A DNA stretch of 64,000 bases from Fimbriosthenelais zetlandica (lineage: Eukaryota). Numbering within the stretch: the first letter of the stretch is position 1; every line of letters starts with the position of its first letter. The translations under genes and the position numbers were made by a program. The notes beneath the pieces were generated by a model. The model saw nothing but the letters and a program-made list of their open reading frames with translations. It was not told the DNA's origin and searched no databases. The stretch spans positions 27,652,001 through 27,716,000 of the forward strand of contig OZ365110.1 in assembly GCA_977030845.1 (NCBI GenBank), written 5' to 3'. Below, in pieces: positions 58,581-64,000 of the stretch.

Positions 58581-58682
58581 AAGAACTTTATTGCGGACTC
58601 ATATATCACAATATAGGGGTCCATATATAGGGGTCCTATAATGTGGTTGGGCTGTCCAAGTGCTTATAGGTGAAAGTGCAGG

Positions 58683-58703
58683 CCCCCCCCCCCCCCCCCC
58701 CCC
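58683..58703 (+). repeat. C21 homopolymer
   Basis: 21 consecutive C. Confidence 0.9.
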
Positions 58704-58919
58704 AGGCCCCCACCCCAAACCCTCATCCTCTCCCTTTAGAAATCCAAAAACAGGAAGGGCAAGGAAATTCCCAGTAAACATTGGTGTACCCGTATCGTAC
58801 CGTTTTGTACCGGCAGTAACGGCAATGGCATGCCATTAACTAGCCAGTAGGCCTACCTTTGCCGGGCTCGTTTTTCACGTGATGCGGCCCAGGTAGCCTA
58901 CGGGCCCTGCACTGGGCCG

Positions 58920-59372
58920 GTAGGCCTACAGGTTTGTAAAGGAGTCTATGTACTGGCCCCGTACAGTTTTGTAATGTAACCCAGGTAGGCCAGGCCTACT
59001 GGCCTGGTAAAGCTGCGTGTTGTTACCGAGGTAGGCTTACTTTCCTGGTACAGTTTTGTGATGGAACACAGGCACTGGCCCAGTAGGCCTACTGGGCTGG
59101 TAGGCCTACAGTTTTGTGATGTACGGTAATTCTAGTATTGGGTTGGTACAGTTTTGTGATATGTAGCCCAGATACAGGCCCCGTATTGGGCCGGTACAGT
59201 TTCGTGATGTAACCTAGGTACTGGTCGATCATCTACTGGGCTGGTACAGTTTGGTGAGGTGACCCAGGTACCGGCCCAATAGTGGGCCGGTAAAGTTTCG
59301 TGGTGTAACCTAGGTAGGCCTACTGGCCATCATCTACTGGGCTGGTACAGTTTTCTTATGTGACCCAGCAGC
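58920..59372 (+). repeat. Degenerate ~45-55-bp minisatellite
   Basis: About 9 units anchored on TACAGTTTYGTGATGTAACCYAGGTA followed by CTGGCC/GTAGGCCTAC/CTGGGCYGG variants. Confidence 0.85.
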
Positions 59373-60502
59373 ACATTTTCAACAACACGAATATTGAGAA
59401 ATTTATGTTTTCAACCTGTACTGGCCCCATACTGGGCAGGTACCATGTACTTCCTATAGAAACCTGGTGGCGTGTACATAACTTTCATACAACTTTCAAC
59501 GACCTTGCCAGACAAAATTGGGACCTTGAGACAGTTGAACCACCCTGCACAGAGCTCTTTTTACACATTACTAAGGTAAATATTGTTCACCTCTTTCAAT
59601 CTGTTCTCGCAGAGAGGTACAGTTCTAACCTATGTTCCATCTTTAGTGGGACAGGCCCAGGGGACAGGCTGCGTCCAGTCTTCGTTGCGGTTTTAAGTAC
59701 CCTTCTACCACTCCCTAATGTATTCATAATTTATATTTGGGCCTGTATGTATCTTGAAAGTCAACTCCTGTACTATATAGTCATGTTATCATTGATGTAA
59801 CTATGTCACGGCGAATGTCACGGCCAACATTCTTCATACACCTTTTAAATTCGGTGACTCTACCCATTCGTGACTACTTCTACTGACCCAATGAGTTTTA
59901 TACCCGGTGTATGACCTAAACATGGATCCACGGGATATCTCCTATACCCGCCACATCTCATAAAATACACCAGTCATCCATGTCCTCCCTATCTCCACAC
60001 ACACATTTTCCAGCCACAAGGGAACTACATTTAAGACAACCAGTTGGCTTTTAGATATGATTATAGTTCAGTAGGCCTATGCCTATATATGGATTAATAC
60101 CATAAGGATTTATAAAAAAGCATTGAATTGATTATATAAGGTCCCGGAGGAACTTATACTGGTCATGCAAGTAGGCCTACACTTTACAATACGTCAATTT
60201 TCCAATTCCCCTGGCTGGGTTTTAGATAGGCCTACATATTTTCTCATTAGATAAAATATTGTTTGTTTTTAACAACGGGCTAATTTAACTTATTTAATAA
60301 CATTTATTATGTGTAGGCATTGGAGTTAGCCAAGTACATTGTTCTAGATTTGATTGTACATAATTCTGTCATAGAACTATGAATTTTGCACAACAATCAA
60401 GCACAACATTTATCTCAAGATTCGTGGATAGGTCTATCTATACGTTGTACAACCATAGGCTAAAGCATTGTTGTACAACAGGTCGTATAGATAATCCAGG
60501 TG

Positions 60503-60719
60503 TTGTACAATAAAATCGTAGATGGCGAGGGATCGGCGAGGGTGCCCTCGCGGTGCGATTAAATTGTTGAAGTGCTGTTTTTTTCTAAAAAGTGCTTGGA
60601 TAACTGCATGTTATTGCATTATCCAAGCACTGTTTTCTCAAAAACAATGCTTGGACAATGCAATTGCTCCGCGAGGGTACCCTCGCTGATTCCTCGCCAT
60701 CGACGATTTTATTGTACAA
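60503..60719. mobile_element. 217-bp nested palindromic MITE-like element with 51-bp TIRs ending in TTGTACAA
   Basis: Arms 60503-60553 and 60669-60719 show 4 mismatches in 51. Each arm contains the palindrome GCGAGGGTRCCCTCGC. An internal hairpin AGTGCTTGGATAA...TTATCCAAGCACT is present. No TSD is visible. Confidence 0.8.
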
Positions 60720-62661
60720 TTAACAGGAGGATAATTATTGTAAATATATAGGAGTTTCCAACCACACAGCGACATGGTTGTCACCTATTGGCTTCTGTCT
60801 GCATGACGTCATGAAGCTCGAGGGCAAGCCTCCCACACTGATTTTAGCCACCGCCCCACAATATTCCATTCCTCCTTCTGCGACCCTTCCCCCAGCCACC
60901 CCTCCCACCATGAAAGGCACCACTCCCACTCCCACCTCCTGCATGCACCACAGTACCTCCCACAAGCCACCAATGGCCTGCGTTTTTGCATCCATCCTCC
61001 CACCTCACAGCTCATCTTACTCATGAATATTCACGAATAAATTGTATTCCTTATTTACTGCTATATTAATCAAAATGTAACTCGATGCGGTCAACAGACT
61101 CCTATAGGCCTATATATAGACATCACTGCCTACACAATTCTCCAGCATAATATTTATATATAATATCATACTCATAGTATACTTGCAAACTTGGTCGAGG
61201 TGCATCACTCACCAGGTTGGGACATAATCATAAATACATGTATACTTATAGGAACTGATTCACGGAATCACATCTAAGGTTTATGCATTTATGTCTGATT
61301 GTTTAAAGAGGTAAGAGAATATTAACAGGATTAAAACCTTCATAACCTAAAAGAGTTTCTCACTGATGAAATCGGAAGTGAAACTTTTGGTGCTAACTAA
61401 CTTAAAAGTTAAACGACCGTGACATTCATGTTAAAGCCAGACGCTGCAGGTCTTTCCGGTTTGACTATTTTTACTCACTTTCCTTTTGCAGTTGTTCGGG
61501 GAGTGAAATAGAAGTTTAGTACACGTGACTAGGAGGCTCCAGAGAAGCTGATCGAGCAGGCATCCCAGGAGCAGAAGCAGAAGCTACCTACTCGAGCTAG
61601 GTGAGACGCTCAGACCGTGTATTCCCGCCAAAAGCATTGCATCTACTCGCTGGTCGCATCAGATAAAATCAAGCATGGATCTCGAAGAATACAGAGTTCG
61701 GGGTAGGTATTTTTCAAAAATCTTTTTTTAATGATACACTTTCTATTCGAAGTTGTATTTGTTGGGAAATAGGAAAGCAATCTAGTGCAGAGGTTGTCTC
61801 CCCCGGTGATTATAGAATGCTTAGATTATAGAAATTTAGTACCCGGATATATATGCAGATTGCATCAGCAATATAACCTAGTGCAATCTACATTACATGA
61901 TCAGTTTGTCACAGGTTTTGTGACTATACAACACCATGGAAAAAACTCTTTAGCTTATAATGTTAATGAACTGTGGAATAACCTATTGCAAGAACATTTG
62001 GGAAAGTGACAAATTCATTAGATCTGCAAGAATACTTTTTTCCAGATCAGTATGACAATGATTGATTACCTGAAATTTGTTGTCGTTTTAACAATAATAT
62101 AATGGCAGATAAGCATCAGTTTTGTAAAAACAAAATAATTGATGTATTTGAGGCGCCGCGGACAACAATAGGCTACCCACTGTCTTCTTCTAAAAACTTT
62201 CCTCTTCCTCTCAGCTCCTAACTTCTACATGATCTGCACCCAGCTGATAAGACAAAACTCTTACCTATTACCTATGAATCTGCACTCAGCAGTCTAACAA
62301 TTCTCACTGTAAATACTACACCACTTGCTCCTTTCAATTTCTGAGGATGAAAAATCAGGATGGTGTAGAAAATAATTGACCCTGCGAACAGGATTGCACG
62401 TTGATATATGAGCATGTGGTACAAACGATCATTCATACGAAAGAACTCAAAGAGGGCATTCGAAATGTATGTGCAAATGAATCATTTTTACCTTGTTACA
62501 ATGGCAATTCAAAACTTTGATGATTTTTTTGGAAAAGTGTTGTTTTCAGTTTCCATAGCAACTATAGTAAAGGTATTTTACCAATTTTTTACTTTTAATG
62601 TGAAAGAGACCACACATCTCTCATAAACATATGGAACGTCAGGAAACTTTGGGAATATCCT

Positions 62662-62733
62662 GGAGCCTGTTTCAAAACGAATATTACTCATAGATTTAGC
62701 ATTGCTTATAATATTCATTTTGAAACAGACTCC
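62662..62733. mobile_element. ~70-bp PIF/Harbinger-like mini-MITE
   Basis: 25-bp arms GGAGCCTGTTTCAAAACGAATATTA (62662-62686) and TAATATTCATTTTGAAACAGACTCC (62709-62733) with 2 mismatches. The GGRGCCYGTTTCA end resembles Harbinger-type MITE termini (from memory; superfamily assignment is tentative). Confidence 0.5.
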
Positions 62734-64000
62734 GGGGAACCTGTCCTGCCGATGTCCAGTTTATCTCCCCTACTGAATAAAAATAGATAAACCAGAAAAT
62801 GGCATGTAATGGCATAAAGGTGCATTAGAATTTTTATTAGTTAAGACAATTGTTTTGCCTATTATAACCGAGACTATATAGATAGCAATGAGGTGCACCA
62901 CAAGGCTTACATGGACAGATACATTTAAATGTGCCGCTATAGCCTTAATAATTATAATTTATACCTTTTTGTTTGGAACACCTTAGCCTAAAAATAAAAT
63001 CCTAAATTTAATTATATATCCATTGGCCCAGGGCCCGGCTGTACTGATCGCACTATGCCCGGACGCTATAATAATATACAGTAGATCAAATACCTAAATA
63101 GTACAATTTAACTACAATATGATACGTTATTGGAGATACAGGATTACATAATGATAACCCAACGTGGACATTTGAGTGGCCAATGTGGTTTAATACAGAT
63201 CCATGACAGCTTTTATAAAGCAACCCCCATTAATGCAGTTAGACAATATTCATGCATCAGGCGGCTGTAATAAACGTTCCCATTAGCTCAAATTTTCCAT
63301 TAGAAAAATTGACAAAGAATTACCATAGGAAAAACGGTGTCCCGGGGCAGGGATGCCCCATTACAAAACAATAGTTCCCCCTTCTTATTTACTTTCCCGT
63401 TATTCTCCTCTGAATCAACCAGCTGTTCTGTCACACAGAAGGCTTGACCCTTTAACGACGGTCAAGAGAAAACAAACCGTTGTTTGAATATTTTAAAAAG
63501 CTGTTATCGTGAGACAAGAGGGAAATTGAAAACGACCTCTTCAATTGGAAGGGGAGTAATAGTGTTAAAATACGAGGTAAAAGATGAGGTAAATGCGGAC
63601 CGACAGAGAAGTGGCATAGATTTGCATAGAAGTGAATAAAATAGGAAGTCAGTAGGCCGGTCGTTCATTATAGCTGTCAGTTCCATAATGATGCTCATAT
63701 ATGATAGACGCATATCGAACCATTGATATTCCATTGACAGAATGACTGCTATGTTGCGGCAATACGGCCATCGCGGAAAACGGACGGAATTCGCGGAATT
63801 GCCCCCCGAAAACGGAATCTTTAAATTGAATGGAATTCACAGAAATGGCTGTTTTTAGGTAGTGGGTCAAATTTTAGGCATGTAATTACGTCTAGGCCTA
63901 TGTAAATTTTGTAAAGAGAAAGACATCATATATGAAGCTTTCTGTTTACTTGGTAAAATAGGCCTATACCCATACCTACCCCACCATTATTATTTTGGAA

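Larger units (their letters stand above)
58000..61702 (+). other. Candidate 5' exons of an unidentified + strand gene
   Basis: Donor gtgagt at 58038. A 31-nt exon at 58142-58172 (ttcattttcag|...AG|gtaggc). A strong acceptor tttccttttgcag before 61492, with donors at 61601 (gtgaga) or 61703 (gtaggt). The latter would include ATG 61675, giving MDLEEYRVR plus phase 1. The start coordinate is approximate, and no downstream coding exon was confidently found before 64000. Confidence 0.4.

Noticed and set aside
59360-59800. 146-aa ORF
   Set aside because: It begins within the minisatellite, has no recognisable domain and lacks coding-like composition or consistent splice support.

Overview
This is intron-rich, AT-rich eukaryotic DNA, most likely from a bilaterian invertebrate (inferred from SMU1 sequence, splice signals and CTCF-like motifs); the taxon cannot be fixed from the sequence. 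Four spliced protein-coding genes reconstruct in frame. (1) A two-exon Crypton-type (DUF3504-like) tyrosine recombinase on + at 13900-16276, 696 aa, with an intact R-K-H-R-H-Y set and an N-terminal Tudor/Agenet-like domain. It is preceded by a 127-bp cruciform hairpin and bracketed by a 10-bp direct repeat, which suggests an intact ~4-kb mobile element. (2) SMU1 on + at 42105-45885, 13 exons, 513 aa. (3) A 110-aa four-EF-hand protein on - at 47752-48674 with unusual 20-residue loop spacing. (4) An orphan 394-aa type I membrane protein on - at 52751-56862 (signal peptide, Cys-rich domain, mucin-like stalk, EGF-like module, TM, acidic tail). There is weaker evidence for a minus-strand gene divergent from SMU1 with a 21-nt microexon, and for the 5' exons of a + strand gene at 58-62 kb. 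Also present: a tRNA-derived SINE, several palindromic MITE-like elements (notably a nested 217-bp palindrome ending in TTGTACAA), minisatellites, microsatellites, a CTCF-like motif cluster and strong promoter-proximal enrichment of TAGGCCTA. Most short ORFs in the supplied track appear spurious or are fragments of spliced genes. No CRISPR array, rRNA or functional tRNA was seen.
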